A stretch of 64,000 nt of DNA from a virus (lineage: Duplodnaviria; Caudoviricetes). Every line of letters starts with the position of its first letter. Position 1 is the first letter of the stretch. The notes below the pieces were generated by a model that searched no databases, was not told the DNA's origin, and saw only the letters and a list, made by a program, of their open reading frames with translations. This document shows positions 48,491 through 58,665 of this stretch, one piece after another. The position numbers and the translations under genes were made by a program. The stretch covers positions 17,725-81,724 of IMG/VR virus record IMGVR_UViG_3300031746_000008; one strand, 5' to 3'.

Positions 48491-49338
48491 TGAATAAATC
48501 TACCAAACAGCTATCCGGTATTTATAAAATTATATGTCTTGCTAATAATAAATTTTACATAGGGAGCAGTGAGAATATTGATAAGAGATTGAAAAATCAT
48601 ATAAGGTTATTAAAAAATAATAAACATTTTAATCCACATTTGCAAAATGCATGGTACAAATATAAAGAAGAAAATTTTAGATTTGAAATAGTTGAAACAG
48701 TCCACGATATAAAACAATTACTAATAAGAGAAAAGTGGTGGATTGATAAGACAAATTGTTGCAATAGAAAAATAGGATTTAATATATCCTCCAGCCCCCA
48801 GGCTTCAGGTAGGATAAGACTTATAGATCTAACCGGCAAAATATTTGGAAGACTTACAGTTAAGGAAAGAGCAGAGAACTCTAGGGGCGGACAGCCCAGA
48901 TGGTTGTGTAAATGTAATTGTGGGAATGAAAGAATAATTGAGGGCGGCCACCTTAGAGAAAATATTATCAAAAGCTGTGGATGCTTACGCAGGGAAGGCA
49001 ATAATTTAAAACATGGTCATAATAGAAAGAATAAAAAATCAAAAACATTCGTAGCCTGGAAATCTATGTTGTCTAGATGCAATAATAAAAATAACAAGAA
49101 ATATAAAATTTATGGCAATCGCGGGGTTACTATTTGTGACAGGTGGCTAGAGCCAAAAGGACAAGGATTTTTAAATTTTTTAAAAGATGTTGGAGAAATA
49201 CCAAAAGGAAAATCTTTGTGTAGAATAGATACCAATAAATTAATAAACGGCTATTCGCTAGAAAATTGTCAACTATTGACAACAAAAGAGCAATCAAACA
49301 GAAGAAGAAAAAAAGCAAAAAGATATGAAAAACTTTAA
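48490..49338 (+). CDS. GIY-YIG::HNH-family fusion endonuclease (HNH site degenerate)
   Basis: GIYKI..FYIGS; DLTGKIFG/SCGC; SLCRIDTN replaces xDRIDNN. Confidence 0.82.
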   Translation: MNKSTKQLSGIYKIICLANNKFYIGSSENIDKRLKNHIRLLKNNKHFNPHLQNAWYKYKEENFRFEIVETVHDIKQLLIREKWWIDKTNCCNRKIGFNISSSPQASGRIRLIDLTGKIFGRLTVKERAENSRGGQPRWLCKCNCGNERIIEGGHLRENIIKSCGCLRREGNNLKHGHNRKNKKSKTFVAWKSMLSRCNNKNNKKYKIYGNRGVTICDRWLEPKGQGFLNFLKDVGEIPKGKSLCRIDTNKLINGYSLENCQLLTTKEQSNRRRKKAKRYEKL

Positions 49339-50461
49339 TACCAATGAAATTTCATATATCCAAGACAGGGCCTGTGAGAGAATTGCGGAAATTTTAGACG
49401 CTATTGGAATTGAATATACGGAAAGATCAGATTATTTTCAAGGTCGCTGTCCGTGTCACAATGGAGATAACGAAAGAAGTTGGTGGTGGGCGACCCGCAC
49501 GAGTCATTGGGAGTGTGCTACAAAACAGTGTCATAGAAATTCAATTTCCGGTAATTCTAATAGTGTGTTCGGGCTGATTCGCGGGACAATGACAAATAAA
49601 TTAAATCGCCCATTTTCGTTCGTGGAGTCGGTATCTTTTGCGGCCACGGTTTTAAATCTGTCAAATCTTAAAATGAATGAAGAGACGGCTGAAAATATTG
49701 AAATTTTTAAAATCATTAAACAATATAAAAAAAAGAAAAAAATAGAGAAGAATGGATTCCCATTATTATCAGAAGTTCTTCCATTATTAAGGAAAGACAC
49801 CAAATATTATCCGTCTCGTGGTATATCACAAGATATTATAAATAAATATTATATCTCATCATGCAATAAAAGGGGTAAATTATTTTTTGAGAGGGCGTTC
49901 TTTCCAATTTTAGATGATTCTGGAAAATATGTTGTGGGATTTTCTGGGAGAAGTATTTGGGATAAATGTGAGTTATGTAAATTGTATCATAATCCAGCAA
50001 CTGAGTGTCCACCAAAGGAACAAGCATTGTTTTCTAGCAAGTGGCTTCACTCGAAGGGCTTGAAAAAAGAATTATATCTGTATAATTACAATTTCAGTAA
50101 ATATAATATTTCGAAAACAGGAACAGCAATTATTGTAGAATCTCCTGGAAATGTTTGGAAGCTTGAAGAAAATGGAATTAAAAACAGTGTAGCTTTAATG
50201 GGATGCTCTCTCTCTAAACACCAGAGATTATTGCTACAAAAATCTGGTGCCCTTACGTTAATTTTAGCAATGGACAACGACAAGGCGGGGAAAAATGCTA
50301 CCGAAAAATTGTCGGAGGAATTAAATTATTATTTCCGAATCATTAATATAGATCTAAACGAAACAAACGATGTTGCCGAACTTAATAATGACGAGATACA
50401 AAACAAGATAGGAAAAATTTTACAAACCAATTCCAAAGAATTTTTATTAAAGGACAATTAA
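49325..50461 (+). CDS. dnaG: DNA primase (Zn finger + TOPRIM)
   Basis: CPCH.GDN, FPI....VVGFSGR, IVES, DNDKAG. Confidence 0.9.
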   Translation: MKNFNTNEISYIQDRACERIAEILDAIGIEYTERSDYFQGRCPCHNGDNERSWWWATRTSHWECATKQCHRNSISGNSNSVFGLIRGTMTNKLNRPFSFVESVSFAATVLNLSNLKMNEETAENIEIFKIIKQYKKKKKIEKNGFPLLSEVLPLLRKDTKYYPSRGISQDIINKYYISSCNKRGKLFFERAFFPILDDSGKYVVGFSGRSIWDKCELCKLYHNPATECPPKEQALFSSKWLHSKGLKKELYLYNYNFSKYNISKTGTAIIVESPGNVWKLEENGIKNSVALMGCSLSKHQRLLLQKSGALTLILAMDNDKAGKNATEKLSEELNYYFRIINIDLNETNDVAELNNDEIQNKIGKILQTNSKEFLLKDN

Positions 50462-50616
50462 ATGAAAAAATGCAAGGATTATGGTGGAACAATAGTGCGA
50501 TTAATGTCGCCGTATAAATGGGAATCGTGCGGAATTCCATTCACCTATTGAGGAAAGCTTATTTTAGGTATCAAACAACGTTTCAATTGTAAGAAAACAA
50601 TAGAGGAGGACACATA

Positions 50617-51399
50617 ATGGGAAAATCCCTCATAATAGCTCTGTCAGGCAAAAAGCGCTCCGGAAAGAACACGGCGGCGAATTTTATAGCCGCTTCTTTT
50701 TTAAAGAGAAGTCGTGATATAGTAGACTTTAAAATTAATAAATTGGGATTAATAGAAGCTAGAAAAAATAATCATTACTTTACGGTTGAAGAAAACGAAT
50801 TTAATAAAATATTTGAAGATACAGATATTAAACTATATAGTTTTGCCGATTATTTGAAACAATTTTGTATGAATATTTTTTCATTAACTAATAACCAAGT
50901 TTATGGAGAAGAAAAAGAAAAAAATAGTTTAACAAATATAAAGCTATATGATTTAATTGATATGTCGTTGTCTCTATTGTATAAATTTACTAATGATGAA
51001 AAATTTATAAAGTGTAATATTTTAGATAATAATGAATATTTGACTTCAAGACAGATCTTGCAGATATTTGGAACAGAAATATGCAGAAAAATTGATCCTA
51101 ATTGTTGGGTTAACGGAACTATATCTATAATCAAAAAGGACAATAAAAAAATAGCCATAATTATGGATTGCAGATTTCCAAACGAAATAGAAGCAATTAA
51201 TACCATTGGTGGCAAGACAATAAGATTATTGAGGAGTGTGGCGGGAAAAGACGAGCACGTCTCGGAAACAGTTCTCGACAACTATCCAAGAGACAAATTT
51301 AATTTGATTATTGATAATAGGAATATGTCTGTGGATGAACAATGTGCCTTTTTAGAACCGCACATCGAAAAATGGTTAAACGAATTTCATGGTAAATAA
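50617..51399 (+). CDS. deoxynucleoside monophosphate kinase
   Basis: GKKRSGKNT, SFADYLK, RQILQIFGTE, DCRFPNE. Confidence 0.88.
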   Translation: MGKSLIIALSGKKRSGKNTAANFIAASFLKRSRDIVDFKINKLGLIEARKNNHYFTVEENEFNKIFEDTDIKLYSFADYLKQFCMNIFSLTNNQVYGEEKEKNSLTNIKLYDLIDMSLSLLYKFTNDEKFIKCNILDNNEYLTSRQILQIFGTEICRKIDPNCWVNGTISIIKKDNKKIAIIMDCRFPNEIEAINTIGGKTIRLLRSVAGKDEHVSETVLDNYPRDKFNLIIDNRNMSVDEQCAFLEPHIEKWLNEFHGK

Positions 51400-52278
51400 A
51401 TGTTAGTCAATAAATTTAGCTCAAGTCTTATTGATACCTATAAATTTTGTCCCTTCAAATATTGGTTGCAATACGTAATTGGGTTAGAATCTTCTGGTTC
51501 AGGCAAAGCCGCTACCATCGGGACTATCGTACATCAAGCCCTAGAGTTGGCCGCTAGACTAAAAAAGAGGGGCAAAGTCAATGTAGATCCAGAATGGTTG
51601 TTTGAACGATCATGGGACGAAAACCCACATCCAGATTTAAGAAAATTTACAAGCAAAGGGTTATCAGCGGATTATAAAAAAGCCAAAGCCTCATTTTTTA
51701 AAGTTGTTGAAGACGATTATTATAATCCATACAAACTTAATGTAATAGATGCGGAAAAATGGTTTTCCTTAGAGCTTCCTGGGCAAGAATGGGAAGTTAA
51801 AAAAGATGGCGAGACGAAGCAATTATGTGTGCGAGGCTACATAGATTTGATTCACGAACTAGATAAAGATACGATTGAGATTGTTGATTATAAGACGGGT
51901 TCGAGAAATAGTCCGTTTGATAAAAACACTATGGATTTTTACAATTTAACTAAAAAATTACAGGCAAAGATTTATTTTATGGCGGCTAAAATATTATTCC
52001 CACAATATAAAAATTGCGTTGTCACTTTTTATTATACGTCGGATGGTGGGCCAACTACCATAGGTCTATCAAACGGGGATGTCCCCAGCATATTATCTGA
52101 ACTATACGATATTTTTAAAACGATAAAAAGTGACAGTTTAATTCGCCGCAACAGGTCTTGGAAATGTAAACTTTGTAATTTCTCTAAAAATGATGTTTGT
52201 AGTATAATATGGAGCGACCTAAATACTATGGGCGAAGAATATGTAAAAATAAAATACAAGGGGACTAAAATTGATTGA
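51400..52278 (+). CDS. PD-(D/E)XK nuclease (RecB/Cas4-like)
   Basis: CPFKY, G..VH, GYIDL, VDYKTG, Q..IY, CKLC. Confidence 0.85.
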   Translation: MLVNKFSSSLIDTYKFCPFKYWLQYVIGLESSGSGKAATIGTIVHQALELAARLKKRGKVNVDPEWLFERSWDENPHPDLRKFTSKGLSADYKKAKASFFKVVEDDYYNPYKLNVIDAEKWFSLELPGQEWEVKKDGETKQLCVRGYIDLIHELDKDTIEIVDYKTGSRNSPFDKNTMDFYNLTKKLQAKIYFMAAKILFPQYKNCVVTFYYTSDGGPTTIGLSNGDVPSILSELYDIFKTIKSDSLIRRNRSWKCKLCNFSKNDVCSIIWSDLNTMGEEYVKIKYKGTKID

Positions 52279-53236
52279 ATTATCTGGCATTTATAAAATA
52301 ACATGTCTTTTTAATAAAAAGATTTATATAGGAAGTAGTGCTAATACTAAAAGAAGATTGAAAGAGCACGTAAGATTATTGAAAAGAAACAAACATATTA
52401 ATATACATTTACAAGATGCATGGAATAAATATGGCGAACAGAACTTTAGATACGAGATTATTGAAAAAATGCATGATATAAAACAATTACCAATCAGAGA
52501 AAAATGGTGGTTGGACACTACTCAGTGTTATAAAAGAGAGGTGGGTTTTAATATTTCTCGTGACCCACAAGGTTTAAATGGGACACATGGGTTCATTGAT
52601 TTAACAGGACAAAAATTTGGAAGATTAACTGTTTTAAAACAAAACGGCAAGGACAAATGGGGTGGTTCATTATGGTTGTGTTTATGTGAATGCGGAAAAC
52701 AAAAAACAATAAAAAGTAATCTTCTTAGAAGGGGATGTACAAGAAGTTGTGGATGCCTACAGTATGAAACCAGGGGGGATAATGGGAAATCAAATATTAA
52801 GCATGGATTAAGCAAAACAATCGAATATAATAGATGGAAACAAATGAACGAAAGATGTAGTAATGAAAATCATCCTCAATATAAAGATTATGGCAGACGC
52901 AATATAAAAGTATGTTATAGATGGTCAAAGAAAAATCCAAAAGGATTTGAAAATTTTTTCGAAGATATTGGCGAAATACCAAAAGGATTAACATTAGATA
53001 GAATAGAGAATAATAGATTTTATTCCAAGAAAAATTGTCGATTAATTTCAATGAAAGAACAAGCAAGAAATAAAAGAAACAATCTATATATTGTTGTAAA
53101 GGGTAAAAAACAATTGCTGGTAGAAGTAGCAGAAGAATACAATATTCCATATATGGCATTATGGAAAAGATTATATCTTTATAATTGGTCAATTAAAAAA
53201 GCATTAACCACGCCAATTAGACGAAGAAAAAAATAA
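52271..53236 (+). CDS. GIY-YIG::HNH-family fusion endonuclease (both motifs present)
   Basis: GIYKI..IYIGS; DLTGQKFG, SCGC, LDRIENN..Y..KNC. Confidence 0.85.
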   Translation: MIELSGIYKITCLFNKKIYIGSSANTKRRLKEHVRLLKRNKHINIHLQDAWNKYGEQNFRYEIIEKMHDIKQLPIREKWWLDTTQCYKREVGFNISRDPQGLNGTHGFIDLTGQKFGRLTVLKQNGKDKWGGSLWLCLCECGKQKTIKSNLLRRGCTRSCGCLQYETRGDNGKSNIKHGLSKTIEYNRWKQMNERCSNENHPQYKDYGRRNIKVCYRWSKKNPKGFENFFEDIGEIPKGLTLDRIENNRFYSKKNCRLISMKEQARNKRNNLYIVVKGKKQLLVEVAEEYNIPYMALWKRLYLYNWSIKKALTTPIRRRKK

Positions 53237-55605
53237 TGTGCAATAAAAATTGTTATGTAGGTTTACACAACCATAGTTTTCAAAGTCTTCTAGATGGATT
53301 GCCTAGTCCATTGCAAATAGTGCAAAGAGCTAAAGAGATAGGGTCTCCGGCGATAGCTCTCACGGATCACGGAAACATAGCCGGAATGGTTGATTTTCAA
53401 AAGGCTTGTAAGAAATATGATATTAAATCTATCCAGGGAGTAGAATTATATATCTGCGAACATGATCCATCCATAAGAACCAATGAAAATAGACATCATA
53501 ACCATCTTACTGTTTTAGCTAAAAATCAAGATGGCATAAAAGATTTAATGTCACTTATTAGCGAAACCAATAGACCAGATTGGTTCTATAGACGCCCCAG
53601 AATAGATTTAATAAATTTAGCAAATTTCACAAAAAATAAGAATTTAATATGCTTGTCAGGATGCCTAGTCGGTAATTTGTCAAAATCACTTTTTTCAGAT
53701 TTTAAAACAGCTTGTCTATTTGGAGCGGACACCAATAAACTAGCAGAATGTAGAAAACTATTAAAACCAAACTGGAAAGATGAGAGCCTAGAGATAATAG
53801 AAAAACATATTAAAATATTCGGTGAGGAAAATTATTTCTTAGAAATCCAGTCCGAGGGGATGATAATTCAGGATGTGGTGGTGGAATGTTTACGAGAAAT
53901 AGCAAAAAACACCGGCATTAAATCTGTTAGTACGTTAGACGCACATTATGCTCGCAAAGAAGATGCAGAAGACCATAGAATATTATTGTATTCGCAAATG
54001 CACACGTCTGCCTCAGAACAAGAAGCTATTATCCAACAAGGAGGCGATACAATGGCTTTTTTCTATCTTGATCATTTTTATATATTTGATTATAAAGAAA
54101 TGTGCAATAAATATACAAAAGAAGAAATTGAAACAACTTTAGAAATAGCAGATATGATAGAGCCATATTCTTTAAATAGAAAACCATGTTTGCCGAAGTA
54201 TAAAACCCCAAATAAAGTTTCTTCCGATGACCACCTGAAAGAATTGTGTGTTCAAGGAGCAAAAGAAAAATTAACTAATTTTCCAATAGAAAAAAAGAAA
54301 ATTCACTGGAATCGTCTTCTTGAAGAATTGTCTGTTATTAAAGAAGCCAAACTCGCAGACTACTTTTTAATAGTCTCTGACGCATGTAGGTTTGTAGATG
54401 ATAATAAAGCACCAAGGGGGAAAGGAAGAGGGTCAGGGGCGGGGTCTCTCGTCAATTACTTGTTGGGTATCACTGGCATAGACCCCATAGAATACGGATT
54501 ATACTTTGCTCGGTTTTATAATCGTGGGCGAAACATACCATCCCACTTCGATGTCGGGCAAGTAACTTTTATGGAATGGTTATCAGATAATTCTAACGAT
54601 ATAACTCAAGAAAAAATTGATGATTCCAGAAATACGATTAAAAATTTGATTATTCAATATAATTTAAAATATAAAAGCATAAGTAATAAAAAATTGCTTA
54701 AAGAAGAAGCTGATTGGATAGATATTAATAACCCCAAAATGTGGTTATATATATTAGATGCGTTTAAAAATAATCAAACTATGTGTTCGTCTTCAGAAGA
54801 TCAGGTTTTAGGATTAGAATTTCTAAACCCAAATAATTCACATATTATAGATTCATTAAGAATGCATTGTAAATTAGATTCAAATAAACCCGTTAAAACT
54901 AATCAGGGTCATATCTCTCTCCCAGACATTGACTTAGACTTGTCTGTGGTCTTTCGTGAGAAAGTCATTGAATATTTAACAAATAAATATGGTCAGGACA
55001 AGGTGTGCGCGATGGTAACTTTTGGCAGGCTTCAAGGAAAGGCTGCTCTTAAAGAAGTATTTAGAGCACAGCCGGATTTAGTAAAACATTTGATGAAAGT
55101 TAGGGCATTAAAAGAAGGTAAAAACGCAGACGAAATTTCTATAACTCCATTTGATTTATGTAATGAAATTACTGGTTTAATGCCAGACGAAGCTTCGATT
55201 ATAGATGATTTACAAAAAATGCGAGAAGAAACAGAAAATCATGACTACGGAATTTTAAACTGGAGCATTGATAATATAGATAAAATTAAAGAATATTATC
55301 AATGGTTTAAACCTTTATTTGACCAAGCAATAAGATTAGAGGGTACAAAAAAATCACAGAGTCGTCACGCAGCAGGTCTCGTTATAGCAGACGTTCCAAT
55401 TAGCGAACTGGTGCCACTTGTTTATGATCCCAAAAATAAAACGAGAATTGTTGGTCTGGAAATGGGAAGTGCCGAATTAATGGGTTGTTGTAAGTTCGAC
55501 CTATTGGGAGTAGTCGCTCTTGATAAGATCTGGTTGGCCCAAGATTTAATTAATCAAACTAATAATAAAATAGAAATACAAGAGAGCGTTGAGGTTTACG
55601 AATAA
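53236..55605 (+). CDS. dnaE: DNA polymerase III alpha, N-terminal half (PHP, palm, thumb)
   Basis: LHNHS..S.LDG, TDHG, GRGSGAGSLV.Y, PDIDLD, HAAG, KFDLLG, then stop about 30 aa later. Confidence 0.92.
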   Translation: MCNKNCYVGLHNHSFQSLLDGLPSPLQIVQRAKEIGSPAIALTDHGNIAGMVDFQKACKKYDIKSIQGVELYICEHDPSIRTNENRHHNHLTVLAKNQDGIKDLMSLISETNRPDWFYRRPRIDLINLANFTKNKNLICLSGCLVGNLSKSLFSDFKTACLFGADTNKLAECRKLLKPNWKDESLEIIEKHIKIFGEENYFLEIQSEGMIIQDVVVECLREIAKNTGIKSVSTLDAHYARKEDAEDHRILLYSQMHTSASEQEAIIQQGGDTMAFFYLDHFYIFDYKEMCNKYTKEEIETTLEIADMIEPYSLNRKPCLPKYKTPNKVSSDDHLKELCVQGAKEKLTNFPIEKKKIHWNRLLEELSVIKEAKLADYFLIVSDACRFVDDNKAPRGKGRGSGAGSLVNYLLGITGIDPIEYGLYFARFYNRGRNIPSHFDVGQVTFMEWLSDNSNDITQEKIDDSRNTIKNLIIQYNLKYKSISNKKLLKEEADWIDINNPKMWLYILDAFKNNQTMCSSSEDQVLGLEFLNPNNSHIIDSLRMHCKLDSNKPVKTNQGHISLPDIDLDLSVVFREKVIEYLTNKYGQDKVCAMVTFGRLQGKAALKEVFRAQPDLVKHLMKVRALKEGKNADEISITPFDLCNEITGLMPDEASIIDDLQKMREETENHDYGILNWSIDNIDKIKEYYQWFKPLFDQAIRLEGTKKSQSRHAAGLVIADVPISELVPLVYDPKNKTRIVGLEMGSAELMGCCKFDLLGVVALDKIWLAQDLINQTNNKIEIQESVEVYE

Positions 55606-55607
55606 TA

Positions 55608-56099
55608 ATGTATATAAAATCAATACAATTTGATAGCAACAATAATCATAATGATTTTGAAATTAACATAGAAGCAATAGACTATACAAACATATATTTT
55701 ATAAGAATGTATGCATCACAACAAGAAAAATTTGTTAAATTTATCAAAGATAACTCTAATTTTATTGAAAACGAAATAGATGAATCTCACTGGATATGTA
55801 AAATTTTAAAAGAAAATATTTATAAAATCGAACCCAAACAAAATCTACTAATTGAAGAAACTGTTCAGTTCGGAGGTAGCGGTACACAATATACTGGAAC
55901 ATTTGTCGATAATTTTAGGCAAGGGTTTTATGGCGAACAATATTTTGTTCCGTTGGGCGAATATGATTATGGAAATTCCTATAACGATTTTGAATTTATT
56001 AAAAACATTGAAAAAACAAAAAAGGAAATAGCCAGAGGTTTAACAATACCACAAAAGTTTATTAAAAAAGAGTTGAAAAGAAGAAAAATTATATTATGA
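55608..56099 (+). CDS. hypothetical protein
   Basis: ORF ending RRKIIL. Confidence 0.55.
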   Translation: MYIKSIQFDSNNNHNDFEINIEAIDYTNIYFIRMYASQQEKFVKFIKDNSNFIENEIDESHWICKILKENIYKIEPKQNLLIEETVQFGGSGTQYTGTFVDNFRQGFYGEQYFVPLGEYDYGNSYNDFEFIKNIEKTKKEIARGLTIPQKFIKKELKRRKIIL

Positions 56100-56557
56100 A
56101 TAGATACTTATATCTCGCGATAGCTCCTCCTGCGTCTAAGAAAACAACAACATGTAGAAAAATAGCGGAAAGAGAAAAAAATATTATAGTTCTTTCGGTG
56201 GATGATTTTAGGCTAGGATTTTATAAAGAACAATATAATGAATCAAAAGAAGAACATCTAAAACAAATTATAGCTTGTACTATTTTTTCCCTGTCTAAAA
56301 ATTCAAATCTTAGTATAATACTTGATGAAAGTAAATGGTTAATTAACAAGAAAAATAGAGAATATTGGATTGACTTTGGTAAAAAACTTGGATTTAAAGT
56401 TATAGCTCTTAGTTTTAATAAATCTCTAGAATTTTGTTTAAAAAATAATGAACAAAGAAAAGAAAACAAGGTTCCGGAAAATGCTCTTGTGAATCTTTAT
56501 AAGCAAATGGAAAAACCGGAGATGTCGGAAGGGTTCGATGATATAATTTATGAATAA
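56096..56557 (+). CDS. AAA_33 kinase-like protein with variant Walker A
   Basis: APPASKKTT, SVDDFR, N.QR...VP, P...EGFD. Confidence 0.75.
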   Translation: MNRYLYLAIAPPASKKTTTCRKIAEREKNIIVLSVDDFRLGFYKEQYNESKEEHLKQIIACTIFSLSKNSNLSIILDESKWLINKKNREYWIDFGKKLGFKVIALSFNKSLEFCLKNNEQRKENKVPENALVNLYKQMEKPEMSEGFDDIIYE

Positions 56558-56924
56558 AATGCAACAAATGGTTAAAGATTTTCATAAAAAATATAATCAT
56601 AATATTGGTTATTCCCCATCTATATTACAGCCAGAACTATTAAAATTTAGACTGGATTTTTTACAAGAAGAATTGAATGAAATTATTTGCGCGTCAAAAA
56701 ACAGTGATTTAATTGGTATGTGTGATGGAATAGGTGATTTGTTGTATGTAACTTTTGGTATGTGTGTTTGTATGGGAATAGACATAGAACCCATATTTGA
56801 AGAAATACATCGCTCTAATATGAGTAAAGATTCACCCATTGGTCCAACCAACAAACCAATAAAAGGTGAAAATTTTAGTTTACCAAACATAGTAAAAGAA
56901 ATAGATAAACAAAGGAACAAATAA
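56550..56924 (+). CDS. MazG-like/PRA-PH nucleotide pyrophosphohydrolase
   Basis: EELNE, D..GDLLYV, EIHRSNMSK, K.IKG..F..P. Confidence 0.88.
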   Translation: MNKMQQMVKDFHKKYNHNIGYSPSILQPELLKFRLDFLQEELNEIICASKNSDLIGMCDGIGDLLYVTFGMCVCMGIDIEPIFEEIHRSNMSKDSPIGPTNKPIKGENFSLPNIVKEIDKQRNK

Positions 56925-57331
56925 TGAAAAAGCAATATAATTCGTGTGGATGCGAATCAAACGTTTGTTGTCCGCACCAAGATAGCACAGAGGGTTTGTG
57001 TAATGGGTGTCGAAAAATTCCCGAAAAATGTATTTGTAAAATAAATAAAAAATGGAAATGGATTTGTATTTGCTGTGAAAAAGAAATACCAATTTATACA
57101 GATGGATATGCGGGAAATGATGAAGAAGGAGTATTGCCGAACCTAGAAGGTGGAACGATCGAAATTCATTTTGGGTTTGGAAGCAAATTTGATCAAATAG
57201 AAGATATGATAAGGCATATCGACACAAGAATTCAGTGTGGTATTTGCGACGAATGTTTTGAAAAAAAGCAAAGTTTGACTAGAAATATTTGGATTAAGAA
57301 AAATGTCAGATTTATACCTAAACCAAACTAA
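56924..57331 (+). CDS. Cys-rich hypothetical protein
   Basis: Multiple CxxC; FGFGSKFD, ICDECF. Confidence 0.65.
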   Translation: MKKQYNSCGCESNVCCPHQDSTEGLCNGCRKIPEKCICKINKKWKWICICCEKEIPIYTDGYAGNDEEGVLPNLEGGTIEIHFGFGSKFDQIEDMIRHIDTRIQCGICDECFEKKQSLTRNIWIKKNVRFIPKPN

Positions 57332-58091
57332 CTTTGATTGGTCTTGTACCAATAAAGAATTTATAATATTTGTCCCGAACTTTGGTAGAAAACATCTATT
57401 AATTCCTACACTCAAAAGATTTAAAACAGCTATTTCAAATGACAGATGGATGTGGTTAGTTGTAAACGACGGCATAAACGAAGATCTTTCTGATTTAGAA
57501 CAATATAATCTCAAATGGTTTACTTTTGAACGCGAACCCGTTGAAAGAAACGGATGTATGATAAGAAATTTTATTATTAAGCGTTGCCTATCAACTTGGT
57601 TGTGTACAAAAGATCCAGAAATAATATTAGATAATGATATTGTGTCAAGAGCAATAGACTTAGAGGATGTTATATATAGACCTATCGGTATGATCGAATT
57701 ACAAGAATGGGAAACGCAAAAGATTATTGACAATCCATTTATAAATTTGGGTGAATTAAATATTCTAAGACAGTGGAAAGTAACACCCCATAACTACCAA
57801 GCATTCCATAATATGGTATGTATTAGAACAAAGCGATTACAGGATATGAAAGGGTATGAGGAAGATTTTAAGACAGGGTACGGGTGGGAAGATGTCAATA
57901 TGCTCGATAGATTAAAAAAATCCGGCGTTAAATTTATTGTAGATTCAGATATGACTACTTATCATATACATCATCCAATAATAAGAAAATTTCATAAAAC
58001 AATAGAGATTAATAGAGGGGTTTATGAAAATATGAAAACAAACTTGCGGGTAATTGCAAATGATGATACCGAATGGGGAAGGGGAGTTTGA
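57303..58091 (+). CDS. glycosyltransferase (GT2/GT7-like), paralog 1
   Basis: PNF.R, VNDG, RN, KDPE, GYEEDF..YGWED, HIHH. Confidence 0.8.
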   Translation: MSDLYLNQTNFDWSCTNKEFIIFVPNFGRKHLLIPTLKRFKTAISNDRWMWLVVNDGINEDLSDLEQYNLKWFTFEREPVERNGCMIRNFIIKRCLSTWLCTKDPEIILDNDIVSRAIDLEDVIYRPIGMIELQEWETQKIIDNPFINLGELNILRQWKVTPHNYQAFHNMVCIRTKRLQDMKGYEEDFKTGYGWEDVNMLDRLKKSGVKFIVDSDMTTYHIHHPIIRKFHKTIEINRGVYENMKTNLRVIANDDTEWGRGV

Positions 58092-58665
58092 TATGGTAGC
58101 TCCTTTGTTTGGATCTTCGCCAGATGTTGTAAAAAATGCTATAGCAAATTTAAAAGAAGCGTATGAGGTATGCAATGAAATTGGTTTATTTACATGGCTT
58201 CATTGCGGTACGTGTTTAGGTTATTATAGAGACAAAGATTTCATATCTCATGACGATGACATTGACCTTGGAGCCAATATCTCTGATTTGAGTGAATTAA
58301 AACAACAAGAACTTATAGACAAGATGAAAGGCAGGGGCTTTCAACTCGCCCATATTCTTGGAAATAGGAACGACGGTTTAGAAATTTCTTTTATCAGAAA
58401 CGAAGTTAAAATTGAATGGTTTTTTTTCTTCGAAGGGGTAAATTGTCTCTGGCACGGAGTCTGGAATCCTGGAATATTATATTATTGTTATTCCAAAGAT
58501 CTTTTTGACGAATTTGAAAAAGTCGAATTTAAGGGCGTAAAAGTTAATGTAGTAAAACAAATAGAAAAATATCTTGAGGAACAATATGGGGAATGGAAAA
58601 TCCCAGTAACTCAATGGCATTGTGCGAGAAATCCGAAGTGCTTAAGGAACAAACCGCTCCTGTAG
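58054..58665 (+). CDS. LicD-family phosphotransferase
   Basis: GTCLG.YR..DFI.HDDDID, YL..QYG.W.IP. Confidence 0.85.
   Translation: MQMMIPNGEGEFDMVAPLFGSSPDVVKNAIANLKEAYEVCNEIGLFTWLHCGTCLGYYRDKDFISHDDDIDLGANISDLSELKQQELIDKMKGRGFQLAHILGNRNDGLEISFIRNEVKIEWFFFFEGVNCLWHGVWNPGILYYCYSKDLFDEFEKVEFKGVKVNVVKQIEKYLEEQYGEWKIPVTQWHCARNPKCLRNKPLL

Noticed and set aside
50462-50550. 29-aa ORF with KDYGG as another endonuclease stub
   Set aside because: Only five residues match; no other family motif
37370-52278. Cas4-like nucleases as evidence of CRISPR-Cas
   Set aside because: No repeat-spacer array or other cas genes seen; stand-alone PD-(D/E)XK nucleases are common in phages
54535-54909. Intein in DnaE
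   Set aside because: No Cys/Ser start, no TxxH block B and no HN/GN end before a nucleophile
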